39,327 bases of DNA. Source: a virus. A model generated the notes under the pieces. That model saw only the letters and a program-made list of their open reading frames with translations. It did not search any database and was not told where the DNA came from. The number at the start of each line of letters is the position of its first letter. Positions within the stretch are counted from its first letter, which is position 1. Of the stretch, positions 25,016 to 33,287 are shown piece after piece. The stretch spans positions 1 to 39,327 of the IMG/VR virus record IMGVR_UViG_3300045988_101759; one strand, written 5' to 3'. The translations under genes were made by a program, and so were the position numbers.

Positions 25016-25170
25016 CAATCCCCCATCATCACGTAAGCGCGGGATTGGCTTGCCTGCCGCTGTTGGTGTATGCCCACTCTGACGTGGAGTGGGCGGAGCG
25101 TGTCCGATATGCCGTTCGGACAGGACGGGATATAACCCAAGGAGTTAGGAGAATCCATCGGTGGATATGA

Positions 25171-25205
25171 AAAGGGTTCAAACCGTTTTCCGGTTTGAAC
25201 CCTTT
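25171..25205 (-). terminator. Perfect 15-bp stem hairpin at the early/late boundary
   Basis: AAAGGGTTCAAACCG, TTTTC loop, CGGTTTGAACCCTTT. A and U tracts on both sides make it bidirectional in type. Confidence 0.65.
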
Positions 25206-25242
25206 AATCCACTGACAATTCTGCCTTGCACTTCGAAAAATG

Positions 25243-26103
25243 TCAAATCACGTCATGCCGGGCGAGGCGCGCGTGTACGTCGGACAGGCGGTACAGCGGC
25301 TGTCCCTTCTCGTTTCTGCCGGACGGCTGGAGCCTGCCACGCTTGCGCCACGAGTAGATCGTGTTAACGCTGCACTGAAAGCCGCACTCGCGCAACAGCT
25401 CCGCACACGCTTGCGCCGTGAACGCCCTGCCTGATTCGATGCACTCCCGCAGGAATCCCAATCGCACATCTACCACGCGATAAGTGTTGCCGCACACCGG
25501 ACAGTCAACGCTTACCGCGCCGACCTCCGCACTCAGCTCCACGCCGCACAACGGGTTCAGGCACCTGCCGATGCTGTGCCTGGATGGCGGCACGTCGATG
25601 ATGCCCAGCGTCTTGCGCGCCAACCGCTGCCAGTCATGCCAGATCAACCCGATGTCCGGCAATCGTGAAAGACAATTGCAATCCGCGCAGATACTCAGGC
25701 ATTTCAACACGGACGGATGAATCCTGCTATCGGCCCATGGCATGGCCGGCGGAGCATACAACCGCCGCCAAAGAGCGACAGCCAGATCATCGATCTCCTG
25801 CAGATGGTCAATCACAGACAACCTGACCGGCGTCGGAGCCGAAGCCAAATTGGTACGGCCGGGCTGATGGCCACCGTAATGTGCGGTGCTGTCCAGAAAC
25901 TCGCGCAGGACCTGGATCCATGACGGATAGTCGCGGAGCCATCCCCTCATTACGGCATCGCACTTGTCACACAGCGTATTGCGCAGATTGCACTCCCCGC
26001 CGCACACTTGGCACATGCCGGCGAGCGCTGGCTTGTGTTGGTTGGTTTGTGCTGGTTGTGTCTGGTTTGGTGTTGGTTGGGATTCGTTGGTTGGTTCGTT
26101 CAT
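25243..26103 (-). CDS. Zn-ribbon + C-terminal HTH DNA-binding protein (candidate late regulator)
   Basis: 286 aa. CQVCGGEC...CDKC and CPVCG motifs. The C-terminal segment FTAQACAELLRECGFQCSVNTIYSWRKRG is HTH-like. It is the last early gene before the late operon. Confidence 0.5.
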   Translation of the reverse strand: MNEPTNESQPTPNQTQPAQTNQHKPALAGMCQVCGGECNLRNTLCDKCDAVMRGWLRDYPSWIQVLREFLDSTAHYGGHQPGRTNLASAPTPVRLSVIDHLQEIDDLAVALWRRLYAPPAMPWADSRIHPSVLKCLSICADCNCLSRLPDIGLIWHDWQRLARKTLGIIDVPPSRHSIGRCLNPLCGVELSAEVGAVSVDCPVCGNTYRVVDVRLGFLRECIESGRAFTAQACAELLRECGFQCSVNTIYSWRKRGRLQPSGRNEKGQPLYRLSDVHARLARHDVI

Positions 26104-26179
26104 TTGTTCGATTCCCTCCGGCGGGTGTAGTCTGGTTTGTGGTGATGCCAGGAGCCCGGCCGGAAGGTCGGGTTTCTTG

Positions 26180-26317
26180 TTATTCGCGGGCGTGTTGGAT
26201 GATTGCTTTGATTTCCTCTTTGGGGACTTGTGGCATCAGTGGCGCGATCTCATCGAGGCTGTATCCGGCCTGATGCCATTTGATGATCATGTCCATGAGG
26301 GTTTTCTTGACTTTCAT
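26180..26317 (-). CDS. 45-aa HTH-like mini-protein
   Basis: Translation MKVKKTLMDMIIKWHQAGYSLDEIAPLMPQVPKEEIKAIIQHARE. ATGA-coupled to the upstream gene. Confidence 0.5.
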   Translation of the reverse strand: MKVKKTLMDMIIKWHQAGYSLDEIAPLMPQVPKEEIKAIIQHARE

Positions 26318-26550
26318 TTCGTTTCCCTTCGTATTTGCTGGATGATCGTCTCGTATGGTTTGCGGTGGAAGATGCGTATCCACCATTCGGGGCGGCGGCC
26401 CCATATGGTTTTGACTTCGGTGAGGGGAAACCATGATACGTACCATTTTTGGCAATTTCCGCAGTACAGCACCTCGCCTTCCTCCTTCGGTCTGGGATGC
26501 TCATGGTCGAACGCTGGCGGCCTTGGCACCAAATAACTTCGATTGCTCAT
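26314..26550 (-). CDS. 78-aa Trp-rich protein, unknown
   Basis: ORF-track frame with a plausible start and lower GC. Confidence 0.55.
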   Translation of the reverse strand: MSNRSYLVPRPPAFDHEHPRPKEEGEVLYCGNCQKWYVSWFPLTEVKTIWGRRPEWWIRIFHRKPYETIIQQIRRETK

Positions 26551-26575
26551 TTTGTGTCCTTGAGTGTGATGCGTT

Positions 26576-26734
26576 TCATTCCTTCGCCGCCTTCATTCCT
26601 TGGACTTCACCGTCGAAAAAATCGATGATGAGATTGCAGATGGCGGCCGCCGACGTTTTGAGCTGGGCTTTTTCCTCTTCGTTTTCGGCTTTGATGGCGA
26701 AAACGGCATCCTTGCTGTTGAAATTGATTCTCAT
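26576..26734 (-). CDS. 52-aa acidic protein, unknown
   Basis: Translation begins MRINFNSKDAVFAIKAENEEEKAQLK. ATGA overlap with the upstream stop. Confidence 0.5.
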   Translation of the reverse strand: MRINFNSKDAVFAIKAENEEEKAQLKTSAAAICNLIIDFFDGEVQGMKAAKE

Positions 26735-26904
26735 TTCGTGTCCTTCGTGGTTGGGCGGACGGTGAATGCGACGAGTCCGGTCTCGGCATGGAATACCTTG
26801 GCCGGCTCGCCAGTCCTCAGGGACATGGCATGCGCGTAGTCGCCGGCATCGTCGATGTTCTCGAACGTTCTGATGCCTTCCGTGGTGACGACGTTGTAGC
26901 TCAT
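26731..26904 (-). CDS. 57-aa protein, unknown
   Basis: ATG MSYNVVTTEG after CAAGGAG. ATGA overlap with the upstream stop. Confidence 0.55.
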   Translation of the reverse strand: MSYNVVTTEGIRTFENIDDAGDYAHAMSLRTGEPAKVFHAETGLVAFTVRPTTKDTK

Positions 26905-27182
26905 CTTGCCGGCTCCTTGTCTGCACCGCTCACATGGCTCCAGTCGCAGGACAGGCCGGCCTGCTTGCCGTTCGTCGAGTAGACGATGCAGTCCACTTGC
27001 CTCGTGTCGGTCAGGGTGATGACGCATTCCGTGAATACGTCGGCCCCGGCGGAGCACTGCGAGTCGACGGACCTGACCTCATGCGCTGGCGTGGAAGGCT
27101 CCGACGCGCTGCCGCATCCTGCGAGCGCGGTGCAGAGGGTGAGGGTGATGGCGGTAAGTGTGGCGCAGATGGTGTTTCTCAT
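26901..27182 (-). CDS. Lipoprotein (93 aa)
   Basis: The signal peptide MRNTICATLTAITLTLCTALAGC carries a canonical L-A-G-C lipobox. Confidence 0.75.
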   Translation of the reverse strand: MRNTICATLTAITLTLCTALAGCGSASEPSTPAHEVRSVDSQCSAGADVFTECVITLTDTRQVDCIVYSTNGKQAGLSCDWSHVSGADKEPAR

Positions 27183-27451
27183 TGTTCGTTCCTTTGATGG
27201 TGGCTGGCGTGGTGGTTCCAGAGGCGGATGGCTTTTTTGAGGTTTTTGCCGTCGACGTGGAGGATGCATTTGTGCCGGCAGTTGGGGCAGATGCAGCCGT
27301 AGATGGTGTTGACCGGTTTGCGGGTTCGGAGGTTGTAGATGGTGCCGAGGGTCAGGATGAGCGGCCGGGACTTGCGGCATGCCGGGCAGGGTGCAGGTCT
27401 GCGCCATTTGCGTGGGTTGGTGGCGATTCTGACGGTGTCTGTGTGGTGCAT
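27179..27451 (-). CDS. Lar-like Zn-ribbon protein (possible restriction alleviation)
   Basis: CPAC...CPNC plus the C-terminal KKAIRLWNHH resembles the Lar family pattern C-x2-C...C-x2-C...A-I-x-x-W-N. Confidence 0.45.
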   Translation of the reverse strand: MHHTDTVRIATNPRKWRRPAPCPACRKSRPLILTLGTIYNLRTRKPVNTIYGCICPNCRHKCILHVDGKNLKKAIRLWNHHASHHQRNEQ

Positions 27452-27452
27452 T

Positions 27453-27704
27453 TCATTCCTTTCCGTAGATGGCGAGGCTTCGTATGCCGGCGCTCATGTT
27501 GTTGGAAAATGTGTTCGGATCGTGGGCGATGATGTCGTTTCCGATGCCCTGGAAGCGGAGGCTGGCGGTGCCGTCGGGATGTCGGATGAGTTCGAGCCGG
27601 CCGTCGATGATGACGTCCTGGTCGGTTTGGGCGATGCACCGGCGGCCGATCAGGATGACCGGATCGGCCGACAGCCATTTATGCAGCGGGACGTTGACAC
27701 TCAC
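27453..27704 (-). CDS. 83-aa protein, unknown
   Basis: GTG start after GAGGAG. GTGA overlap with the upstream stop. Confidence 0.5.
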   Translation of the reverse strand: MSVNVPLHKWLSADPVILIGRRCIAQTDQDVIIDGRLELIRHPDGTASLRFQGIGNDIIAHDPNTFSNNMSAGIRSLAIYGKE

Positions 27705-27982
27705 CGCGGCTCCTCGCCTTCGTTTCCGCCTTGGGCGTCCTTTCCGGCCGCGTCGTAGCCTTCGTCGTACACGTCGTCGAGCAGCGTCTGGAACTCGGGA
27801 GAGGCGAAGAACGTTCTGATGGCGTCCTTGGCCACGCGCCTCCATGGCTCCTTGCCCTCCATGGGCACCTCGTTCCATGGGCGTGGATGGCGGGCCCCGT
27901 TGCTATACCAGCGCAGGTAGATGGCCTCGGCCACCTTGTTCTGCGTCTCCAGACCGATCGGAATGGTCTCCTGGTCTGCCAT
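27701..27982 (-). CDS. 93-aa protein, unknown
   Basis: ATG MADQETIPIG after GAAAGGAG. Confidence 0.6.
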   Translation of the reverse strand: MADQETIPIGLETQNKVAEAIYLRWYSNGARHPRPWNEVPMEGKEPWRRVAKDAIRTFFASPEFQTLLDDVYDEGYDAAGKDAQGGNEGEEPR

Positions 27983-27993
27983 GATGGCTCCTT

Positions 27994-28275
27994 TCAGTAT
28001 GTTTCCGGCGGTTCCGTGGCGGTGCGGTCCGCGATGATGTAGGCGGCGAGCGCGATGCATAGGGTGAGGATGATGAGTATGGCGTGCAGGGCGAGCCATT
28101 GGATGGGGATCCAGTGGTGGAGGCCGATGCCGATGATCGGCCGGATGATGGCGTGCGGCACGAGCAGCAGCGCGGCGATGGTGAACAACGTGGCGAACCA
28201 GTCGCCGACGCGGTTGAAGATGTGGTTGATGGTCTGTTTCATTCCGAGGTTCCTTTCATAGTTGGTACGGTTCAT
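27994..28275 (-). CDS. Small membrane protein (2 TM)
   Basis: Hydrophobic segments FATLFTIAALLLV and LALHAILIILTLCIALAAYII. An alternative ATG lies at 28242. Confidence 0.6.
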   Translation of the reverse strand: MNRTNYERNLGMKQTINHIFNRVGDWFATLFTIAALLLVPHAIIRPIIGIGLHHWIPIQWLALHAILIILTLCIALAAYIIADRTATEPPETY

Positions 28276-28340
28276 GGCCTATTGGCCATCCAGCCGATCA
28301 GGATGGCGGCGCATAGGAGGATCACTGCCGAGATGCTCAT
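28272..28340 (-). CDS. 22-aa hydrophobic peptide (tentative)
   Basis: Translation MSISAVILLCAAILIGWMANRP. Its start overlaps the upstream stop and its stop overlaps the next ATG. Confidence 0.25.
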   Translation of the reverse strand: MSISAVILLCAAILIGWMANRP

Positions 28341-28936
28341 CACCTTGCTGCTTCCGTGGCGACGTATCGGACCGGATGATCAGAGAGGTGGCGGATGATG
28401 CGCGCGTATTGGCGGATGTCGCGGTCGAGGCATGTGCTGGTGCGGTGGGCGCTGGCCGCAGGCGTCTCCTCTTCCGGTCTCACATCCCAGCCGGCGGCTT
28501 CGAGACTGTCGCGGAGGGTGGCCATGTCGATGCGGTGGTAGTGCAGCGGGAGGTTCGGGCAGAGTCGGCCGATGAAGTCGAGGTCGAACTGCGGGTTGCT
28601 GCCGGCCGGATGGAGGGTGAACGATTGCGCGAGGCTGTCGACGTATTCCTCGAGCGCGTTCGCCGTCGCCGCTTCCGTATATCCGGCGTCGAGTGCGCCT
28701 TCGAGCAGTCCGTTGGCGCAGTGCATGCGCCACGCCTTGAGGTTCTCATCCGTAATGGATGCCTTGCGGCCTTTCAGTCCGATGACGCGGCGGAAACCTC
28801 CGACGCACCGCACGCCTCTCATGTCGGTGCAACGCATTTCCACCTCGAGGATCCTGTCATGGTCCGGGTCGAGCCCCGTGGTCTCCACGTCCATCCACAG
28901 CAGCATGTCCTCTTTGGCTTTTTCCTCGCTCATCAT
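28340..28936 (-). CDS. DEDDh 3'-5' exonuclease (oligoribonuclease-like)
   Basis: Motifs WMDVETTGLDP, GSNPQFDLDFI and AHRTSTCLDRDI. Confidence 0.8.
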   Translation of the reverse strand: MMSEEKAKEDMLLWMDVETTGLDPDHDRILEVEMRCTDMRGVRCVGGFRRVIGLKGRKASITDENLKAWRMHCANGLLEGALDAGYTEAATANALEEYVDSLAQSFTLHPAGSNPQFDLDFIGRLCPNLPLHYHRIDMATLRDSLEAAGWDVRPEEETPAASAHRTSTCLDRDIRQYARIIRHLSDHPVRYVATEAAR

Positions 28937-29325
28937 TGGTTTCCTTTCGTTCGGAGGAGAATGATTTCGGTCTGCATGAGCGGTGTCGCGGTACCGTCCA
29001 TGTTCAGCAGCATCCACCGGCCCTCCCAGTCGAGCACCGGCACATCACGCGGATCCGCGCCGAACGGAACAATCAATCCCAGCCGCTCCGCCTCGGCCAC
29101 ATGCTGGTGAACCCACCCATGGCAGCCCGTGGTCCCACTGCCGCACAGTTCGACGATGTTGGCCGGACTGTGCCGCACATCCGGATCCGCCGCCCGCCGA
29201 AGTTGACGGTGATGGCCGGAACGTCCAGGCCAGCATGACGGATCATGGATGTTCGTCCCGCACCGCAGGCAATGCCAACCCTGCCGCTCCAAAGCGGCAC
29301 GCTTCGAATCAGCAAACTCACTCAC
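28933..29325 (-). CDS. HNH-type nuclease
   Basis: Motifs HCLRCG...GHHRQLR...NIVELCGSGTTGCHGWVH. GTG start after AGGAGGGGG. Confidence 0.7.
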   Translation of the reverse strand: MSEFADSKRAALERQGWHCLRCGTNIHDPSCWPGRSGHHRQLRRAADPDVRHSPANIVELCGSGTTGCHGWVHQHVAEAERLGLIVPFGADPRDVPVLDWEGRWMLLNMDGTATPLMQTEIILLRTKGNQ

Positions 29326-29518
29326 AACGCACCCCCTCCTGCATCAGACCGTCAACCAACACCAAACACGAAGTGCAATTGGCTCTCAACCCGGCCGCCA
29401 ACGCCACGATGCCGTCATCCGCCCTGCCACCGGCGAGCGCTCGCAGTTCGATTGTGCTGGCGGTCTGGGCGGTGTCGGTGAGGAGGCGGCTGAGTTTGTC
29501 GAGTTGTTCCCTGGTCAT
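29318..29518 (-). CDS. 66-aa protein, unknown
   Basis: ATG MTREQLDKLS. ATGA overlap with the ParB-like stop. Confidence 0.5.
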   Translation of the reverse strand: MTREQLDKLSRLLTDTAQTASTIELRALAGGRADDGIVALAAGLRANCTSCLVLVDGLMQEGVRCE

Positions 29519-30918
29519 TGGTTGTTCTCCTCGTCTTCTTCGTTTTCGTCGGAGTCGGCTTCGCTGATGGCGGCGATGAGCTGGTCGAGGTGGCTGGTTT
29601 CGTCGTCGGTGGGCGTGTAGCCGAGGTCTTGGAGGATCTGGTAGTAGCCGGGGATGCGTCTGCCGATGTCGTTGACGGTGGTCCAGTCGGTCGGGTCGAT
29701 GAACCATTCGATGCGTGCGGCGAGGATGGTCACGGCTTCCAGTGGCCAGTCGGCGGTCTGCAGGCTGATGCGCGCGGCCGTGGGGGCGTCCTCGGCGGCG
29801 ATGCCGCTGATCTTCTCGTATTCCTTGCGGCTGCCGCTGTGTTCGTTCCAGCTGTTGACGGCGTCGACGAAGCCGCCTGGGAAGGGGTCGATGATCTGCA
29901 GAAGTCCGAGCTTTGCCGCTGTTTCGATGAGCTTGTCGCGTTTGATGCCGTGGAGGTTGGCGTGGAGCCATGCCATGCGCTTGTCTGCGGATGCGGCGGC
30001 GTATTCCTCGAGCGCGTGCCGGCGGGCGTCGCGTTCGGCCTGTTCGGCGGCTCGTCGGGCTTCCTTTTCGGCGATGGCGGTCTTGTCGCGGCGGGTCCAG
30101 AGGTAGACCTGCTGCGACGTTTCGTGGATGGACACGGCGGCCGGGTTCTGTTCGCGGATCCTTTCGATGGCTTCTTCGGGGGTGCCGGTGGACGGGAACA
30201 TGCAGCCGAGGTAGCACCATTCCGGGTCGTTGAACGGCTTCTCGGGGTCGGGGATGAAGTTGATGCCGTTGTCGGGCTCCCCGAGGAGCACGGCGACCGA
30301 TTCGATCCATTGCCGGTCGCGGTCGGCGCGTTCGATGCGGCTGAGGGTGTAGTCGAAGTTCGAGGTGCCCGCCGCCTGCGCGAGGCGCTTCTGCAGATCC
30401 GGACGGCCGTCATATCGCGCTATGGCCACGAGCTGGCCGATGGAGATCTGGCCGAAATCGTCGCGTGTCCGCCTGACCTCGGTCTTGATCCCGGCGACTT
30501 TGGCGCGGTCACGCACATAGTCGGCGCTTCGGCCGAGCCTGTGCGCGACGCCGGCGGTGGTGGCCCCCAGATCAAGCATGCCCTGGATGGCGTCAGCCTC
30601 CTCCAACACGGTGAGCTGTTCGCGCTGGCAGTTCTCGGTGACCATGGCCTCCAACTGCTGCAACGGGTCGAGGTCAAGCACGAAGCATGGGACGGCTCCG
30701 CTCCCCGCCTGCTTGCACGCCGCAAGGCGACGATGACCGGCGATGACCATGTAGCGCTCGCCGTTGGGTACGACGCTGAGGGGCGTGAGGAGGCCGTTGG
30801 TTTTGATGCTGGCGGCGAGGTCGGTCACGTCGCCGATGTTTTTGCGTGGATTGTCTGGGTGGGGGTCGATCAGGCTCGTGTTGATGAGCTTGATTTCGTT
30901 GCTTTGGTAGCTGCTCAT
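29515..30918 (-). CDS. ParB-like nuclease-domain protein (467 aa)
   Basis: Motifs LIDPHPDNPRK and VIAGHRRLAA. ATG after CAAGGAG. Confidence 0.8.
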   Translation of the reverse strand: MSSYQSNEIKLINTSLIDPHPDNPRKNIGDVTDLAASIKTNGLLTPLSVVPNGERYMVIAGHRRLAACKQAGSGAVPCFVLDLDPLQQLEAMVTENCQREQLTVLEEADAIQGMLDLGATTAGVAHRLGRSADYVRDRAKVAGIKTEVRRTRDDFGQISIGQLVAIARYDGRPDLQKRLAQAAGTSNFDYTLSRIERADRDRQWIESVAVLLGEPDNGINFIPDPEKPFNDPEWCYLGCMFPSTGTPEEAIERIREQNPAAVSIHETSQQVYLWTRRDKTAIAEKEARRAAEQAERDARRHALEEYAAASADKRMAWLHANLHGIKRDKLIETAAKLGLLQIIDPFPGGFVDAVNSWNEHSGSRKEYEKISGIAAEDAPTAARISLQTADWPLEAVTILAARIEWFIDPTDWTTVNDIGRRIPGYYQILQDLGYTPTDDETSHLDQLIAAISEADSDENEEDEENNQ

Positions 30919-31895
30919 TGCTTCTCCTTGCTGGTTTCTTGGTTGTTGAGTTCGTCTGCGCACGCCTGGCATGCCTTCCACCATTCGCTTGGATGTCCGT
31001 CGCGGAGGCTTCCGGTGTGGTCGTATTCGTCCTCATGTGGATCCATGAGCTGGTGGACGTGTTCGCAGTTCCAGGTGTGCTTGTGCTGCCGCGTGGGTGT
31101 GATGGGTTCCGGTGCCCATGTCTCCCATTGGTCGCGGAGCCATGTGTTGAGTCGTGGGATGTGGCCGCTGCGGATCTGGCCGTCGTTGACGGCGTGCTTG
31201 TAGCGGCGGAGCGCGGTTTGGAGGCGGGTCAGTTCGACGGGGTTTCCGGCGATGGCCGCGTACAGGGCTCTGGCTTCGACTTCGGTCTTGCGGCCTTTCG
31301 CGCCGACGGATCCGGGATAGGTTTCGGCGAAATGGTCGAAGCCGGATTCCGGCGTGGCGGGTTGCTTCGGTTTGCCGGCGGGAGGGGTCGGAGAGGGTAT
31401 ATCGGTATCGGTATCGGTTTTATGCCATGTTTTTGCTTGGCTGTCCCCTAGCAACTTGCTAGAAGGTTTGCTACCGTTTTGCTCTCCGTTTGCTTGGCTG
31501 TTTTCCGGCAAGTCGCCCGACGTTTGCTTGGCCTTTTGGTTGGCCGCCTTGCGGCGGCCTCCCTTGCTTCCGGCCTTGCGGCGCGCCTCGCGTTGCTCTT
31601 CGGTCAGCACTCGTGGCTCCCTGCAGATGCCTTCCGCGTAGACGGGACGCCATCCGCCGTCGTGCTCCTCCATGAGTCCCGCATCGATGAGCTGCTGGAG
31701 CTGGCGCATGGTGCCTCCGGCGTCCTTGAGGTCGAGCTGGTCGAAGTGGCCGGGATACGCCGACGGGTCCTTCGATTGCATCGAGACGCCTTTGGAGTGG
31801 ATGACGCAGAGTTTGACCCACAGGCCCACGGTGGCGAGCGGCAGGCGGCGGATGCGCCTGTCGTCGGCCATCTGGTCGTCAATGATGAACCACAT
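30915..31895 (-). CDS. Putative replication initiation / replisome organizer protein
   Basis: 326 aa from MWFIIDDQMADD after GGAAGGAG. Winged-helix-like N-terminus and a basic low-complexity linker. The call is supported by its position next to SSB. Confidence 0.45.
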   Translation of the reverse strand: MWFIIDDQMADDRRIRRLPLATVGLWVKLCVIHSKGVSMQSKDPSAYPGHFDQLDLKDAGGTMRQLQQLIDAGLMEEHDGGWRPVYAEGICREPRVLTEEQREARRKAGSKGGRRKAANQKAKQTSGDLPENSQANGEQNGSKPSSKLLGDSQAKTWHKTDTDTDIPSPTPPAGKPKQPATPESGFDHFAETYPGSVGAKGRKTEVEARALYAAIAGNPVELTRLQTALRRYKHAVNDGQIRSGHIPRLNTWLRDQWETWAPEPITPTRQHKHTWNCEHVHQLMDPHEDEYDHTGSLRDGHPSEWWKACQACADELNNQETSKEKQ

Positions 31896-31918
31896 ATCTC
31901 TCTTGCTCCTTCCGTGGT

Positions 31919-32296
31919 TCAGTCGATCTCGCCGGTGTCCGGATCGACGGTCGCCTCCACGTCGCCGTCGTCCATGTCGAGGCTGCGGCGCAGGTCGTCG
32001 ATGAGGATCATCTGCCGTGACGTGGCGGGTTTCGCGCACATGTTCTCCATGGCCAGGCCGGCGTCGAGGATGCGCTGGGCGAGGTCTGCGCAGTCGTACA
32101 CGGCTTCGGTGATGGCGTGGATACCGCCCCACTTGTCGATGTGCTCCTGCTTGTTTTTGGTGTCCATGACGTTGCGGCATGCCTTGAGCACGACGGCCGC
32201 GGCCTTGGTGACCTGCTGGGTCTTGCCGATGAGGTCGATGAGTGTGTCGGGCGTGGCCTCCTGCGGGATGAGCGCCTGTTGTTCGCTGGCTTTCAT
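31919..32296 (-). CDS. 125-aa protein, unknown
   Basis: ATG after TAAAGGAGGAAGCA. Confidence 0.6.
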   Translation of the reverse strand: MKASEQQALIPQEATPDTLIDLIGKTQQVTKAAAVVLKACRNVMDTKNKQEHIDKWGGIHAITEAVYDCADLAQRILDAGLAMENMCAKPATSRQMILIDDLRRSLDMDDGDVEATVDPDTGEID

Positions 32297-32307
32297 TGCT
32301 TCCTCCT

Positions 32308-32880
32308 TTAGAATTCCGGTTCCGGATCCGGTTTGCCGAAGTCTCCGAATGATGACTGGTCGTCCGCCGGCGCGCCCCACGGATCATCGGCCGGAGGCTG
32401 GGCGGGTTGCTGTGTCTGCGCCGACTGTTGCGGCCGTTGGCTCCAGCCACCGACGCCGGTGTTGACGGTCGGCTGCGGCGATGCGGGGTTGCCGTAGACG
32501 GGACCGCCCTGGCGGCTGATGCGGGCGACCTGCGCCGTCGCGTACCGCAGCGATGGCCCGATTTCGTCGACCTGCAGCTCCACGACGGTCCGATTGGTGC
32601 CGTCCTGCGCCTGATACGAGTGCTGCTTGAGCCTGCCTTGGGCGATGACCCGCATACCCTTGGACAAAGATTGGATGCAATGCTGCGCGAGGTCGTTCCA
32701 TGCCGAACAGCGGAGGAAGAGCGCGTCTCCGTCCTCGTACTGTCCGGTCTGCCGGTTGTACTGGCGTGGCGTGTTGGCGATGGTGAAGCTGGCGACCTGC
32801 GCGCCCTGGCCGGTGGTCCTCAGTTCCGGATCCGCGGTGAGGTTGCCGACGATGGTGATGACGGTCTCCCCTATGGCCAT
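32308..32880 (-). CDS. ssb: Single-stranded DNA-binding protein
   Basis: OB-fold N-terminus VITIVGNLTADPELR, a Gly/Pro/Gln-rich linker and an acidic tip PDPEPEF. Confidence 0.92.
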   Translation of the reverse strand: MAIGETVITIVGNLTADPELRTTGQGAQVASFTIANTPRQYNRQTGQYEDGDALFLRCSAWNDLAQHCIQSLSKGMRVIAQGRLKQHSYQAQDGTNRTVVELQVDEIGPSLRYATAQVARISRQGGPVYGNPASPQPTVNTGVGGWSQRPQQSAQTQQPAQPPADDPWGAPADDQSSFGDFGKPDPEPEF

Positions 32881-32881
32881 G

Positions 32882-33169
32882 TCAGGCTCCCTTCACATAT
32901 CCAGCCGGTTCCGGGCCGAGCTGGCTTGGATCCTTGGCCTTCCACGCGCATTTCGCGCGCAAGCAACCGGCCTCGCGGTCGATGACGATCTCGCCGAAGC
33001 GCGCCGGCGCGACCATGGTGAGGTTCCAGCCACGGTCGCGGTTGAGCGCGCTGATGGTCTCGTACAGTTCGCCGATCAGCTCGGCGGACGTCATGCCGAC
33101 GCTGGCGGGCGTGAGCGGCCATTCGAACCACTTCTCGCCTTCCGGCCTGCTTGGTGTTTTGCTTGGCAA
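32882..33169 (-). CDS. 95-aa protein, unknown
   Basis: TTG start 6 nt after AAAGGAGG. An alternative internal ATG exists. Confidence 0.5.
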   Translation of the reverse strand: MPSKTPSRPEGEKWFEWPLTPASVGMTSAELIGELYETISALNRDRGWNLTMVAPARFGEIVIDREAGCLRAKCAWKAKDPSQLGPEPAGYVKGA

Positions 33170-33195
33170 CGTTTGCCTCCTTTGGATTGATGTCG

Positions 33196-33287
33196 TGCCG
33201 GGGCGCGGATTCGAACCGCGCATCCATCCGCCGACGTGACCTCAACACGCCGATCCATGGCGCCCGCATCCTGTCGCGGGCCCCGGC
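33196..33287 (-). tRNA. 92-nt tRNA-like element (atypical; class-II-like length, ambiguous anticodon arm)
   Basis: Perfect 7-bp acceptor stem GCCGGGG/CCCCGGC. T arm CGCGG-TTCGAAT-CCGCG. D-like hairpin CCGC-GACAGGAT-GCGG. Discriminator A and no encoded CCA. Two overlapping anticodon-like hairpins are possible (GGA or GAG). Confidence 0.55.
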
